DNA of 64,000 nt from Pseudomonadota bacterium (GTDB lineage: Bacteria; Pseudomonadota; Alphaproteobacteria; RF32; CAG-239): positions 103,038 through 167,037 of the forward strand of contig CAKJXZ020000003.1 in assembly GCA_918234285.1 (NCBI GenBank), written 5' to 3'. The notes under the pieces were generated by a model. It worked only from the letters and a program-made list of their open reading frames with translations. It was not told the DNA's origin and ran no database searches. Made by a program: the position numbers and the translations under genes. Of the stretch, positions 28,810 through 40,063 are shown piece by piece (the stretch's first letter is position 1; each line of letters starts with the position of its first letter).

Positions 28810-30228
28810 TTTGGTACCGATTACCAAAAAAGTGATGATTTCCAAGCGTCCGAGCAACATGGCAAAACATAGCAGCGATTTTACCGTCTGCGAGAAGAAG
28901 GCATAATTTCCTTCCGGCCCGATAATATCGATTGCGCCTACTCCCACATTGGTAATGCAGGCGGTTACCGCCGCTAAAGAAGTTCGCAAATCCAACCCGC
29001 AAGCACTGACAATAACCGTCAGCCCCAACAGCGAAATCATAAAGGCAAAAACATACACAAAAACCGACATGGTTGCCCGCTCCGGCATATTTATATCCCC
29101 TATTTTCATCAACGTTACCCGATTCGGCTCCACCGCCGAAATAGTATATTTTTTCAAAAACGCATAAATCACCTGCCAACGGAAAATCTTAATTGAACCG
29201 GTAGTTGAGCCGGTACATCCTCCGGAAAGCGACAACAGCAAAATCACCGCGGGAACCCATGGCCCCCATGCCGTATAATCGCAAGAAGACAGACCGGTTG
29301 TCGTCGTAATGGCTATCACGGTGAAAAAGCCGTAACGCAGCGCGTACCATAGCGAATAATCAGACATCAGATACATATATCCGCTCAAAATAACCCCGAG
29401 GAAAAACACCGTTTTCAAAAATACTCTGACCTGCCGATTACGATCCGGGGACGTACGGCGATACAGCAAAATATAGAAGGTCATCGGCAACGCTCCGACC
29501 AACATAAACAGCATTATTACCAACTCTATCGGAAAACTGTCAAACGATGCAACCGAATGATTCATTGAAGAAAATCCGCCGGTGCCGATGGCCGACATGG
29601 CATGGTTGATTGCATTAAACACGTCCATTCCGCACAAATACAACGCACCGACTGCCAACACAGTCAAAAACAAATACACCGACACGATTCGCTTGGCGAT
29701 ATAGCTGAATTTAGGCATAAATTTGTCGTTTGAATCCGAGTTTTCGTGCTGAAATATCTGCATGCCGCCGATGCCCAAAAACGGTAACAGAGCAACAGCG
29801 AAAATCACGATTCCCAAGCCGCCTATATAATTTAAAAGTGAGCGCCACAACAATACCGAATGCGGCAGACTCTCCACATCACTCATAATAGAAGCGCCGG
29901 TTCCCGTAATTCCCGAAGTTGCCTCAAAAACGGCATCGATTACGCTGTCGACACTGTGATGAAACCAAAACGGAATTGCCGAAAACAAACAAACGGAAAC
30001 CCAACAAACCGCCGTTATCAGATAACCCTGTTTTAAGGTAATTCGCTCAATCTTGGCATAATTGGCCAAAAACAGCGAAAATCCGAAAAACACCGAAATC
30101 AGAGCAGAACTCAAGAATGGCGACCAATCGCCGGCACTTTCGGTCAAATCCATTCCGGCCGGAATAAGCATAATCAGGCCCAAAACCCCCAGAACATAAC
30201 CGCTTATCATTAAAACCGGCTGCCACAT
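28792..30228 (-). CDS. trkH: Trk potassium uptake membrane protein
   Basis: FEATSGITGTG, GTGGFS, GCTGSTTGSIK, MLLGRLEI. Confidence 0.93.
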   Translation of the reverse strand: MWQPVLMISGYVLGVLGLIMLIPAGMDLTESAGDWSPFLSSALISVFFGFSLFLANYAKIERITLKQGYLITAVCWVSVCLFSAIPFWFHHSVDSVIDAVFEATSGITGTGASIMSDVESLPHSVLLWRSLLNYIGGLGIVIFAVALLPFLGIGGMQIFQHENSDSNDKFMPKFSYIAKRIVSVYLFLTVLAVGALYLCGMDVFNAINHAMSAIGTGGFSSMNHSVASFDSFPIELVIMLFMLVGALPMTFYILLYRRTSPDRNRQVRVFLKTVFFLGVILSGYMYLMSDYSLWYALRYGFFTVIAITTTTGLSSCDYTAWGPWVPAVILLLSLSGGCTGSTTGSIKIFRWQVIYAFLKKYTISAVEPNRVTLMKIGDINMPERATMSVFVYVFAFMISLLGLTVIVSACGLDLRTSLAAVTACITNVGVGAIDIIGPEGNYAFFSQTVKSLLCFAMLLGRLEIITFLVIGTKSFWRS

Positions 30229-30242
30229 TTTATTTCTCCGCC

Positions 30243-31232
30243 TTATTTAAGCGCAATATTTCGAGCCAAATTGCGCTCTGTCAAAACTTTATTGATAAAA
30301 GCTTTTTCCGTAAAGCATAATGCGGTAGCTGCTTGCGTTTGTGGGGCATAAGCCACAATTTCGCATCTTACCGCATTTTTCGAGACCAAGTCCTCCAAAT
30401 ATGCCTGTGCCGCCGCATAATCATATTCCTTCGGGTCGGTATAAATCCCATATAAAAACACAAACGTATCATCAACATACAAACTGTTCGGACCCACGAT
30501 TTCTGCCGCGCCGTATAAAACCTCCGGCTCAGGCAAATAAACCAATCCCCGGTTTTCCGCAACTTCATAGTAGTCGGTCAGCTTACCGGTATAAAAATCT
30601 TCTCCGGTCGGTTTTTTGATTTTTTTAATTTTCTTAGGTTTTTCAATCAGCGGTTCTTCCTTTTTATCTTCGGCCAGAACTTCGGTTGTCGTAATCAAAA
30701 CTTCTTCTTTATCCGCAGTTTCATCAACACTTTCTTCTACAACATGAGCCTTTTCAAAGCGCGGTTTAACCGGATTCTTTTGTGTTTCGGTGCGAACAAC
30801 CGCTCCGGCAAAACCGGCAGTAGGTTTATATTTCGCCTTCTTAAATTTCGGCACATTCCAAGCCACAAAATGTTTTCTCTCCGGCTCTTCCGTGGCGCTC
30901 GAACCGGTCTTACCTTTTTGCGCCGCTATTGCTTCCGACACCGTATTCTTTATTTGCTCAATGCGTTCTGACATATCAGAGAAAGCCTTATCTTTAGCCT
31001 CGCTGATTTTTTTATCGGCAGAAGCGGAATGATACAAGCCGGAAATATGACTTAAGCCTATGCCGTAATATGAATGCACAACCAAAAACAGTAACCCTAC
31101 CGCCAACAAAATCAGCAAAATCTGCCAAAAGCGGCGAATCGGAAACGTAATCAGCATAACCAAACGATGTATCCACGCCCAAATACCGCTTAAACGCAAT
31201 TCGCCCCAATTTCCGATTCCTTTGAAATTCAT
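30243..31232 (-). CDS. Membrane-anchored protein with SNase/OB-like C-terminal domain
   Basis: One TM helix, low-complexity linker, FLYGIYT...YLEDLV...VRC. Confidence 0.6.
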   Translation of the reverse strand: MNFKGIGNWGELRLSGIWAWIHRLVMLITFPIRRFWQILLILLAVGLLFLVVHSYYGIGLSHISGLYHSASADKKISEAKDKAFSDMSERIEQIKNTVSEAIAAQKGKTGSSATEEPERKHFVAWNVPKFKKAKYKPTAGFAGAVVRTETQKNPVKPRFEKAHVVEESVDETADKEEVLITTTEVLAEDKKEEPLIEKPKKIKKIKKPTGEDFYTGKLTDYYEVAENRGLVYLPEPEVLYGAAEIVGPNSLYVDDTFVFLYGIYTDPKEYDYAAAQAYLEDLVSKNAVRCEIVAYAPQTQAATALCFTEKAFINKVLTERNLARNIALK

Positions 31233-32926
31233 TTATTTCCTCCGTATTTTTCCTGCAGTTCTGCCGCTTTTTCCGGCGTAATACGCTCAAACAGTGCCTC
31301 ACCGGCCTCAAACGGTGTTCCCGGCTTCAGTGCCGTAATCTGCTCGGCAACGTTAAAGTTTTTAAGCGTCGGCATATCTTCCGGTTTCAGCCCGAATTTT
31401 GCCAACATTTTTTCTGCGGTTTGCGGCAGCAACGGTGCGCTCAAAATTGCATAAATCCGCACCAAATTGAGGCACAGACGCAAAATCGTCGCCGCCCGCG
31501 TTTCATCTTCCTTAATTACCTGCCACGGCTCGGTTTTGGTAATATAGTTATTACCCTCAACCCAAATCGCCCGCAGTTCGGCCACCGCTTTTCTGAATTC
31601 CATCGCATCCATATATTTGAAATAGTCGTTAACTCGTGCTTGAACCGCCGCAATCATTTCCTTATCCTCTGTCAGCAGTTCTCCGCCTTGCGGTACAACG
31701 CTGCCGAGTTTGGAAGCCGTCATTTTCATCACGCGTTGAGCAAAGTTACCCAGCACCCCGTTCAAATCCTTATTGATGGTGCCGACAAAGCTGTCAAACG
31801 TAAACGAAGAATCCGACGCTTCCGGCGCATTAGCCATTAACCAATAGCGCCAATAATCGGCCGGAAATTCCGCCACGGCATCTTCGGCAAACACTCCTCG
31901 ATGTTCTGATTTAGAGAATTTTCCGCCTTCAAAGGTCAGGTAGCTGAAGCCTTTCAAATAATCCACTTTGGTCCAGTTCTCGCCGGTACCGAGCAAGGTC
32001 GCCGGAAACGTAATCGAGTGGTATGGTACATTATCTTTGCCCATAAACTCGACATAGCGCACATCTTTGGCATCAAGCCACCATTCTTTCCAATCGCGCT
32101 CGTCCGGTTTTTCGTCCGCCCACTGTTTGGTAATGCCGATATAACCGATAGGAGCGTCAAACCACACATAGAAAACCTTATTTTCAAAGCCGGCTTTGTT
32201 TACCGGAAATCCCCATTTCAAATCACGCGTAATACAGCGCGGTTGCAAGCCTTCTTTCACCCATTTTTTGGCGATGGAATAAGCTACATCAGGCCAAAAA
32301 GCCTCTTTGGTTTTGAGCCATTCCACCAACTTTTCTTCAATCTTCGGCAAATTCAAAAACAAGTGCTTGGTTTCGCGCACTTCCAAATTGGTACTGCCGG
32401 AAACCGTACTGCGCGGATTAATCAAATCGGTCGGTTCCAACACTTTGGTACAGTTTTCGCACTGGTCACCGCGGGCTTTTTCATAGCCGCAATGCGGGCA
32501 GGTGCCGGTAATATAACGGTCGGCCAAAAACATATTATCATCAACCGAAAACACCTGTTTCATCGTCTTTTCGGCGATAAAGCCGTTTTTATCGAGTTGC
32601 TCGAAAATATGATAAGTCATTTCCTTATTTTGTTCGCTCGAAGAACGCCCGAAATAATCAAACGACAAGTTAAAATCGGCATAAGTCTTGGCATGACGCG
32701 CGTGGTATTTATCGCAATATTCCTCCACCGGCAGTCCTTCCTTAAGCGCACCCACTTCAGAAGCCGTACCGTGTTCGTCGTTACCGCAGATATATAAAAC
32801 CTCGTTACCCATCATTCGCATATAGCGGGCATAAACATCGGACGGCAACAAGCATCCGACCATGTGTCCCAAATGCGGAACGCCGTTAATATACGGTAAT
32901 GCTGAAGTAATCAAGATTTTAGACAT
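31229..32926 (-). CDS. metG: Methionyl-tRNA synthetase
   Basis: ALPYING.PHLGH, CPHC/CENC knuckle, YVWFDAPIGY, KFSKS. Confidence 0.97.
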   Translation of the reverse strand: MSKILITSALPYINGVPHLGHMVGCLLPSDVYARYMRMMGNEVLYICGNDEHGTASEVGALKEGLPVEEYCDKYHARHAKTYADFNLSFDYFGRSSSEQNKEMTYHIFEQLDKNGFIAEKTMKQVFSVDDNMFLADRYITGTCPHCGYEKARGDQCENCTKVLEPTDLINPRSTVSGSTNLEVRETKHLFLNLPKIEEKLVEWLKTKEAFWPDVAYSIAKKWVKEGLQPRCITRDLKWGFPVNKAGFENKVFYVWFDAPIGYIGITKQWADEKPDERDWKEWWLDAKDVRYVEFMGKDNVPYHSITFPATLLGTGENWTKVDYLKGFSYLTFEGGKFSKSEHRGVFAEDAVAEFPADYWRYWLMANAPEASDSSFTFDSFVGTINKDLNGVLGNFAQRVMKMTASKLGSVVPQGGELLTEDKEMIAAVQARVNDYFKYMDAMEFRKAVAELRAIWVEGNNYITKTEPWQVIKEDETRAATILRLCLNLVRIYAILSAPLLPQTAEKMLAKFGLKPEDMPTLKNFNVAEQITALKPGTPFEAGEALFERITPEKAAELQEKYGGNK

Positions 32927-33060
32927 TTGCTTATAAACTCCTTCTCATAATTTTTCACGGATAGAGTTTACTTACATTTTCCCAAAATCGCAAGCAAAAA
33001 AAGCACTTATCGCAAGGCTTTCCGACAATAACTGAACGCTTTTGCTTACCGCCTCGGAAA

Positions 33061-33939
33061 TCAGCGGGCTAAACTGCGCGCCAAATTAATCACCGCCTCG
33101 CTCACATCGTCAGCCATATTGGCAAAGTGCTCGTTCGGCAGCAACCGTGCCTCGTCAGCATAAAGCGCACGGTTGATTTCGAGTTGCAATGTATAGATTT
33201 TTTTGCGCGGCTGGCAATAATTAAAGGTAATAAACGCGCCGGAATACGGGCAGTTGAACTCCACATTGTAGTTTTTATTCCAAAACTGACCGGCGAAAAA
33301 GTCACTCATTTCTTGCGGGCAACTTTGGCTGAACAAAGTGCCTAGGCAAATATCTATCCCCGAACGATCATCGATAATCGAACAAATTTTTGACGGCATC
33401 GAGTGACAATCCAACATCAGGCAAAAACCGAATTTTTTCACGCATTTTGCAATCATTTTCTGCAGTTGCGTATGATAAACGTCATACACGTTTTTGAGGC
33501 GTTTTTCCACTTCGTGATAGTCCAGCAGGCCTTTATACAGCGGTTGGCGCAAATAATCAATGCGGTGCACCACGCCCAAACCGACGCGACAATGTTTATC
33601 AAACAACACGTTTTTTTCTTCCGGATAATTATAAAACATCGCCGGATCAAGTTCCAAACGGTCGCGGTTAAGGTCGATAAACACTCGCGTAACCAACATT
33701 TTTATGGTCGGAATTCCGGCATCGATTGCTCTTTCCAGCAGTTTATCCACCAGCAAATCTTCGTTGCGACGCATAGTCTCAATACTATCATTAACCTGTT
33801 CCAAAAATTCCGGCGGAAAATAAGTCCCGCTATGCGGAATCGACAGTATCAGCGGAAAATCGAATTTATCCAAATTGAAGCATTCAAAAATCTTCATTTT
33901 GGAATAATCAACCGTAAAATCGCACTTTCTATTTTCCAT
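33061..33939 (-). CDS. N-formylglutamate amidohydrolase family protein
   Basis: SIPHSG, DLNR, LDCHSMPS, PYSGAF, QLEINRALY. Confidence 0.9.
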   Translation of the reverse strand: MENRKCDFTVDYSKMKIFECFNLDKFDFPLILSIPHSGTYFPPEFLEQVNDSIETMRRNEDLLVDKLLERAIDAGIPTIKMLVTRVFIDLNRDRLELDPAMFYNYPEEKNVLFDKHCRVGLGVVHRIDYLRQPLYKGLLDYHEVEKRLKNVYDVYHTQLQKMIAKCVKKFGFCLMLDCHSMPSKICSIIDDRSGIDICLGTLFSQSCPQEMSDFFAGQFWNKNYNVEFNCPYSGAFITFNYCQPRKKIYTLQLEINRALYADEARLLPNEHFANMADDVSEAVINLARSLAR

Positions 33940-34274
33940 GCCGACCCGCCTTATCCGTATTTTTTTGCTGTGGTATTATACCGCACCGCCGCCATTACAT
34001 TAGGCTTTTCCGCTGTTCTGCAAGAAATCAGCGCCGGCGGCACCGGAGCGAGCATTGTCCCTGCTTTCCAACAAACTTTTGCCATGTTTTTTCTTTCGAA
34101 ATGTTGCAACTAAAATGCAATATATATCGAAAATTTCGATTCGTCAAGCCAAGACACCGCATGACCGACGCAATCCGCCTTTTCGCAAACACAAAATAAA
34201 AAAGTTTAATAAGTCGGAAAATATGATTGTCAAAAAATGCCCGAGCCTTTATGCTGTTGCCAAAGGAGAAAAAA

Positions 34275-34520
34275 ATGAAGCAGATTGATTTCAGTAAAAT
34301 ATCGTTTGAAGATGCTTTAATGCAGCTTGAAAATATCGTACGCGAACTTGAAGCCGGAAAAATTAAACTTGACGATGCCGTTGAAGCTTATGAAACCGCC
34401 ACCGCACTCAAAAAATTCTGCGAAGAAAAATTGAAAGCGGCACAGCTGAAAATCGAAAAAATAAATGTTGCTCCGAACGGCGCCGTTTCTACCGAACCTT
34501 TTGATAAAGTCGAAGAATAA
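34275..34520 (+). CDS. xseB: Exodeoxyribonuclease VII small subunit
   Basis: SFEDALMQLENIVRELE; precedes ispA; RBS aaggag. Confidence 0.95.
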   Translation: MKQIDFSKISFEDALMQLENIVRELEAGKIKLDDAVEAYETATALKKFCEEKLKAAQLKIEKINVAPNGAVSTEPFDKVEE

Positions 34521-34522
34521 CC

Positions 34523-35419
34523 ATGACCGATATTGTCGAGAGCCTGAATAGTTTTTCGCAAAAATTTAATGCCGATTTGGAAAAATGTTTTCCGTTTGTT
34601 GACGGTGCCGAAAACCGCGTAATTGAGGCAATGAAGTATTCGGTGATGAACGGCGGCAAACGCCTGCGGCCGTATCTTTTGTGCGAGTGTGCCGGTCTAT
34701 TCGGAGTGCCGTACGAAATGGCCTTTAAAGCGGCGGCTTCGCTGGAAATGTTGCACTCTTATTCTCTGATTCACGATGATTTGCCGGCAATGGATAACGA
34801 CGATTTGCGCCGCGGCAAACCGACATGCCATAAACAATTTGACGAGGCCACTGCCATTTTAGCCGGTGACGGACTCCTGACTTATGCCTTTGAATATTTG
34901 GCAAATGCGTTGGAAATTCGACCGGAAATGCGGCTGACTCTGATTCAGCTTCTGGCTTCGGCCGCCGGCTCTTTCGGCGGAATGGTCGGCGGACAAACGC
35001 TCGACATTTACGCTGTTCCGACCGGTAGCAAAGAAGCTGACGAAAATATTATCTCTCGCCTCGAAGAAATGAAAACCGGACGCCTGCTACGCTATGCTTG
35101 CGAAGCCGGTGCCGTTTTGGGACAAGCTCCGTTGCCGCTCAGGCAAATTCTTATTTCATATTCCCGCAAAATAGGCCAGGCTTTTCAAATTGCCGATGAT
35201 ATTCTTGATCGCGAAGGCGACCAAAAATTGGTCGGGAAAACCTTGCACAAAGATGATAAACAAAGCAAGTTTACCTTTGTATCCTACTACGGCATTGAGC
35301 CGGCGCGGCAAAAAGCGACGGAACTGGTTAAAGAAGCTATTGATGAAGTAGCGATTTTCGGAACCAAAGCCGCAAATTTGCAAAAACTGGCGCAATACAT
35401 TATCGACCGCAAATATTGA
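34523..35419 (+). CDS. ispA: Farnesyl diphosphate synthase
   Basis: GGKRLRP, SLIHDDLPAMDNDDLRRGKPT, FQIADDILD. Confidence 0.93.
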   Translation: MTDIVESLNSFSQKFNADLEKCFPFVDGAENRVIEAMKYSVMNGGKRLRPYLLCECAGLFGVPYEMAFKAAASLEMLHSYSLIHDDLPAMDNDDLRRGKPTCHKQFDEATAILAGDGLLTYAFEYLANALEIRPEMRLTLIQLLASAAGSFGGMVGGQTLDIYAVPTGSKEADENIISRLEEMKTGRLLRYACEAGAVLGQAPLPLRQILISYSRKIGQAFQIADDILDREGDQKLVGKTLHKDDKQSKFTFVSYYGIEPARQKATELVKEAIDEVAIFGTKAANLQKLAQYIIDRKY

Positions 35420-35490
35420 AATAAAAACTGTTGCAAACCTTCGCAAAACGTGGTATACTCTACATATACAATATAATTATGGAGGGAGCG

Positions 35491-35913
35491 ATGGTGGAAA
35501 ATGCGAAAGCCGGCGGCTCAGGATTTGTATTCAAATTGGGCGCGGCAGCTAAGGATAAAGACAGCTTATTACAATTAGCTCACGACGTTATCGATGAATC
35601 TCACGATAAGCGTACCTTTGCCGAGCGCCGTAAACAGGATTTGTATGTTAACCCGACCAGCATCAAGTTATATTCCTTGAACGGGTTGAGAAAAGCCATT
35701 ACCAACAAAAACCTGTCCACCAATGATAAATTGTATATGATAATGCAAAACTATATAAATTTGGAAACCGCCAACAATCGTACTACCCCCGAAAATGCGT
35801 TGAAGCATTTTTGCAAGGATTTTGCCGATAAATATCCGCGGGAATTCGGCCAAAACAGCGCTCAACCTCTCGATTTTGTATTAAAGGCTCGCGGAAACAG
35901 TAACAGTATATGA
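35491..35913 (+). CDS. Orphan hypothetical protein
   Basis: RBS ggagg, promoter TTGCAA-17-TATACT, terminator at 35942-35973. Confidence 0.7.
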   Translation: MVENAKAGGSGFVFKLGAAAKDKDSLLQLAHDVIDESHDKRTFAERRKQDLYVNPTSIKLYSLNGLRKAITNKNLSTNDKLYMIMQNYINLETANNRTTPENALKHFCKDFADKYPREFGQNSAQPLDFVLKARGNSNSI

Positions 35914-36058
35914 TAACAAATTTTTTCATGATTTTTCTCCTTAACGCCGTTGGTGCAGCAACGGCGTTTTTTTATGACATCGCGATATAAAAAATCCTTG
36001 CCATTTGCGTAAAATAAGTTATTGTACTGTGCGTAAACCACAAAAACGGAGAATAAAA

Positions 36059-36634
36059 ATGACAACATTTGCATTGGTTTTGATATTGACTTTGGTATTG
36101 ACTCTGCCGGCGTATGCCAATCCGGCCTGTGCCGTCTGCACGGTTGCGGTTGCCGCCGGTTTGGAAATCGCTCGCAAATTGGGGGTTGACGACGGAGTTA
36201 TCGCTGTATGGGCCGGTGCGCTCTTAACCTTAATCGGCTATTGGACCATTCTATGGTTTGATAAAAAAGGTTGGAATTTCAAATTCCGCAACACCATTTT
36301 GATGTTGTTGTCGTTCTCGATGATTTTTGCGGTATATATCAAAGATTTGATTTATACGCCGAAACCGATTCTGATTTTCTATATGGACCCGTTCCTGTTT
36401 TGCGGCATTTTGGGCGGCTTGATTTTGATTTACAGCTCGGTATTTTATCAATGGATGAAGAAAAAGAACGGCGGCCACGCCCATTTCCCGTTTGAAAAAG
36501 TGGTATTACCGGTGGTAGCGTTGGTTATTGCCGGATATGCGGTAGATTACCTGCATTTGTGTGAACCGGCTACCGATACTGCCGGCCCGTCTATCGCCGC
36601 CGACGGCTCCGATATTTACGATTTTGATGAATAA
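36059..36634 (+). CDS. Membrane protein with CxxC motif
   Basis: CAVCTVAVAAG...LGVDD, HFPFEKV, several TM helices. Confidence 0.75.
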   Translation: MTTFALVLILTLVLTLPAYANPACAVCTVAVAAGLEIARKLGVDDGVIAVWAGALLTLIGYWTILWFDKKGWNFKFRNTILMLLSFSMIFAVYIKDLIYTPKPILIFYMDPFLFCGILGGLILIYSSVFYQWMKKKNGGHAHFPFEKVVLPVVALVIAGYAVDYLHLCEPATDTAGPSIAADGSDIYDFDE

Positions 36635-36669
36635 ACAAATATAAAACCATATATTTTCAAAAGCTGCAA

Positions 36670-36854
36670 TTAATGAGTCAGATACGAAGTTGCCCTTTTT
36701 GCGCGGTGTACAAAAGAGGCACATAAACAGCGGTGCAGAATATATAAAAATCCGTATAATGAGTCAGATACGACGGAAGTCTGTTTATGCCGTGTACAAA
36801 AGAGGTACACAAATAAACAGACTTCCTAGTAGATGACCATTATACGGATTTTTA
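36670..36854. repeat. Palindromic element family copy C (full 36745-36854, one partial copy)
   Basis: TAAAAATCCGTATAATG...CATTATACGGATTTTTA, overlaps ileS stop. Confidence 0.88.
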
Positions 36855-39800
36855 AGCAACTTTGGCGTCGTAAGCGACAACAATCCCCTCAATCTCTCCT
36901 TCCGTTCCGCCGGCGCAATCCGGATTAACCTTAACCGCCAAAACCTGGTCGGCAATATAGGATTTATTTTCCTCTAAGGCCTTAGCCAGTTCTTCATCCT
37001 TGGTGGAATAGCAAAGTTCAATGCGGTCGGAGATATTGAAGTCTTTATCCTTACGCAGAGTCTGTACCAAACGCACAAAGTCACGCGCCATACCTTCTCG
37101 CTTCAGAGAATCCGTAACATTGGTATCAAGCGTCAACACGGCTTTGTTGTCGGCAAACGACTGTCCGGCCACGCCGTCCTTCATATCCAAACGTACTTCA
37201 AACAAGTCGCTTGTCAAAGTCTTGCCGCCGATGGATAGTGTACCGTCATCGTTCAGCGACCAATTGCCCTGCTTATAGGCCGCCATTACCGCGCCCATAT
37301 CTTTGCCGAGGGTTTTGCCCAAAAGCGGCGTATACAAATACACGTTCTTGGTGGCATAATTGCTCAGATTGTCATCAAAACGGACTTCTTTGACATTCAG
37401 TTCGTCTTTAACAATTTCCTGATACGCCGGCGAAAGAGTTGCCCCGATGACCGTCAGACTCGAGAGCGGCAAACGGTTGCGCAGATTTTTTTCTTCACGA
37501 ATAAACTTGCCGGTCGAGCATAAATCCTGCACAAAATCCATCTCCGCCATCAGTTTTTCATCGGATTTAATCGCGGAAAGCGACGGATAATCGCACAAGT
37601 GCACGGATTCGCCGCCGGTCAGATTCTTATAAATGTATTCGCAGATAAACGGCATTACCGGCGCTGTCAACTTGGCTACATTAACCAACACGGTATAAAG
37701 CGTATCAAACGCTTGGGCATCACCGCGCCAAAAACGTTCGCGGGTACGGCGAATATACCAGTTGTTCAAAATTTCCATAAACGCGGCGGTTTCGTTGCAA
37801 ACTTCGGCAATATCATAAGTCTCAAAGCCATGTTTCAATTTTCCGGCCATCGTTTTGAGTTTGGATAAAATATAGTTATCCATTGCCTCGGTCGAAGACG
37901 AAATTTCCTTGGCTTTGTAGTCCTCGGCATTGGCATACAGCGTGAAGAAATAAAAAGCATTCCACAACGGAATCATCGCCGAACGGGAAGCTTTGGCAAT
38001 TTCTTTGCCTTCTTTATCAACCGCCACATTTCCGCCCTTCAACACCGGCGAAGAAACCAAGAACCAACGCAACGCTTCCGAACCGACGGTTTCCAAAATT
38101 TCATTCGGGTCCGGATAGTTTTTCAGGCGCTTGGAGAGTTTTTGCCCGCCCTCGGCCATCAACAAACCGGTACAGATGCAGTTTTTAAATGCCGGACGAT
38201 TATGCAAAGCCGTTGACAACACAGTCAGCGTATAGAACCAACCGCGGGTTTGATCAATTGCTTCCACAATAAAATCCGCCGGAAAATGATTTTCAAACCA
38301 TTCTTTGTTTTCAAACGGATAGTGCACCTGTGCATACGGCATCGAGCCGGATTCAAACCAACAGTCAAACACATCGCTGACACGGCGCATCATGGTTTTG
38401 CCCGACGGATCATCCGGATTCGGATAGACCACATCGTCAATGTACGGCTTATGCAAATTATCAACCGTCACACCGGTAGCGGCTTTGATTTCTTCCAGCG
38501 AGCCGAACACATCAATGCGCGGAAACTTCGGATTATCCGACTTCCATACCGGAATCGGCGTGCCCCAAAAACGATTACGCGAAATCGACCAATCGCGCGC
38601 ACCTTCCAACCATTTACCGAAACGGCCGTCCTTGATATGCCCCGGAATCCAGTTGATTTGCTGGTTGTTTGCTACCATCTCATCACGAAAATCGGTAACT
38701 TTTACAAACCACGAACTCATCGCCTTATAAATCAGCGGCGTATCGGTACGCCAACAATACGGATAAGTGTGGGTATATTGTTCCTTTTTGACGAGCAAAC
38801 CGTTGGCTTTGAGCCATTGCATAATCGGTTCGTTGGTATCAAACACCTGTTGACCGGCATAATCGCTGACTTCGGCAGTAAATTTACCGGCCTCATCAAC
38901 CGGACAAACCACCGGGAAGTTTTCATCATAGGCGCGACAAGCCTCAAAGTCGTCCTGACCGAAGCCCGGAGCGATATGCACCACGCCGGTACCGTCTTCG
39001 GTTGATACAAACTCGCCGGAAAGTATTTTGAACGCACCTTTTTGCTTCAAGTCGGCAAAATACGGGAACATCGGCTCGTAGTTCAAACCGAGCAAATCGC
39101 TACCCTTAATTGTTTTAACCTGTGTTGCATGTTCGAGTTGCTTTTTATAGCTGCCCAAACGCGCCACCGCAATAATATATTGCTGTCCGTCTTCTTCCAT
39201 AACCGCATAGTCAATATCTTTGCCGACGGCGAGCATCAGGTTGGATGGCAGTGTCCACGGAGTTGTGGTCCATACCAAAATTTTCTGACCGGTTTCGAGT
39301 TTGAACATAACCGTAATGGCATTATCGGTCTTATCGCGATAACCGAGGTTTACCTCAAAGTTGGAAAGCGGAGTTTCCGCCGCCCATGAATACGGCAAAA
39401 CACGATAATCTTCATAAACCAAACCTTTATCATACAACGCCTTGAAGTTGTGAATCACCGATTCCATAAACGACAGGTTCATCGTCTTATAGTCGTGATT
39501 AAAGTCCACCCAGCGGCCGATACGTTTGAACATTTCGACCCAAATGCCGGAATATTTCAACACATCTTTACGGCAGAAGTCATTGAACTTTTCCACCCCG
39601 TAGGCTTCAATTTGTTTGCGTCCCGAAACACCGAGCTGTTTTTCGGCCGACATTTCCGCCGGCAAACCGTGGCAATCCCAACCCAACCGGCGTTCAACCT
39701 TTTTGCCGTTCATGGTTTGAAAGCGCGCTACCACATCTTTGACATAGCTTACCATAATATGGCCGTAGTGCGGGGTACCGTTGGCAAACGGCGGTCCGTC

Positions 39801-39947
39801 ATAAAACACAAACTCGGCGGCGCCGTCGCGATTATGCACCGATTTTTCAAACGTATTATCTTCGTCCCAAAACTTTAAGACTTCTTTTTCCAATTCGACA
39901 AAGTCCGGCTTTGCCTTTACTTCAGCATAGTATTTCGTCATTTTCAT
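36852..39947 (-). CDS. ileS: Isoleucyl-tRNA synthetase, type 2
   Basis: DGPPFANGTPHYGH, GWDCHGLP, WTTTPWTL, KLSKR, type-2 C-terminus EGMARDFVR. Confidence 0.97.
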   Translation of the reverse strand: MKMTKYYAEVKAKPDFVELEKEVLKFWDEDNTFEKSVHNRDGAAEFVFYDGPPFANGTPHYGHIMVSYVKDVVARFQTMNGKKVERRLGWDCHGLPAEMSAEKQLGVSGRKQIEAYGVEKFNDFCRKDVLKYSGIWVEMFKRIGRWVDFNHDYKTMNLSFMESVIHNFKALYDKGLVYEDYRVLPYSWAAETPLSNFEVNLGYRDKTDNAITVMFKLETGQKILVWTTTPWTLPSNLMLAVGKDIDYAVMEEDGQQYIIAVARLGSYKKQLEHATQVKTIKGSDLLGLNYEPMFPYFADLKQKGAFKILSGEFVSTEDGTGVVHIAPGFGQDDFEACRAYDENFPVVCPVDEAGKFTAEVSDYAGQQVFDTNEPIMQWLKANGLLVKKEQYTHTYPYCWRTDTPLIYKAMSSWFVKVTDFRDEMVANNQQINWIPGHIKDGRFGKWLEGARDWSISRNRFWGTPIPVWKSDNPKFPRIDVFGSLEEIKAATGVTVDNLHKPYIDDVVYPNPDDPSGKTMMRRVSDVFDCWFESGSMPYAQVHYPFENKEWFENHFPADFIVEAIDQTRGWFYTLTVLSTALHNRPAFKNCICTGLLMAEGGQKLSKRLKNYPDPNEILETVGSEALRWFLVSSPVLKGGNVAVDKEGKEIAKASRSAMIPLWNAFYFFTLYANAEDYKAKEISSSTEAMDNYILSKLKTMAGKLKHGFETYDIAEVCNETAAFMEILNNWYIRRTRERFWRGDAQAFDTLYTVLVNVAKLTAPVMPFICEYIYKNLTGGESVHLCDYPSLSAIKSDEKLMAEMDFVQDLCSTGKFIREEKNLRNRLPLSSLTVIGATLSPAYQEIVKDELNVKEVRFDDNLSNYATKNVYLYTPLLGKTLGKDMGAVMAAYKQGNWSLNDDGTLSIGGKTLTSDLFEVRLDMKDGVAGQSFADNKAVLTLDTNVTDSLKREGMARDFVRLVQTLRKDKDFNISDRIELCYSTKDEELAKALEENKSYIADQVLAVKVNPDCAGGTEGEIEGIVVAYDAKVA

Positions 39948-40018
39948 ACCTTAGATTAAATAGAAATTATTGTAACAGATTTTTTGAAAAGATTTTATGT
40001 AAAAGATGCCCTAATCCC

Positions 40019-40063
40019 CTAAGGGATAATATTGATAATGTGCGATATATAAAACAGGCTCAT
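40019..40063 (-). promoter_or_regulatory. Ile-rich leader peptide MSLFYISHIINIIP (putative ileS attenuator)
   Basis: RBS GAGGA, 14 codons with 5 Ile, overlapping complementary segments, stop about 70 nt before ileS. Confidence 0.75.
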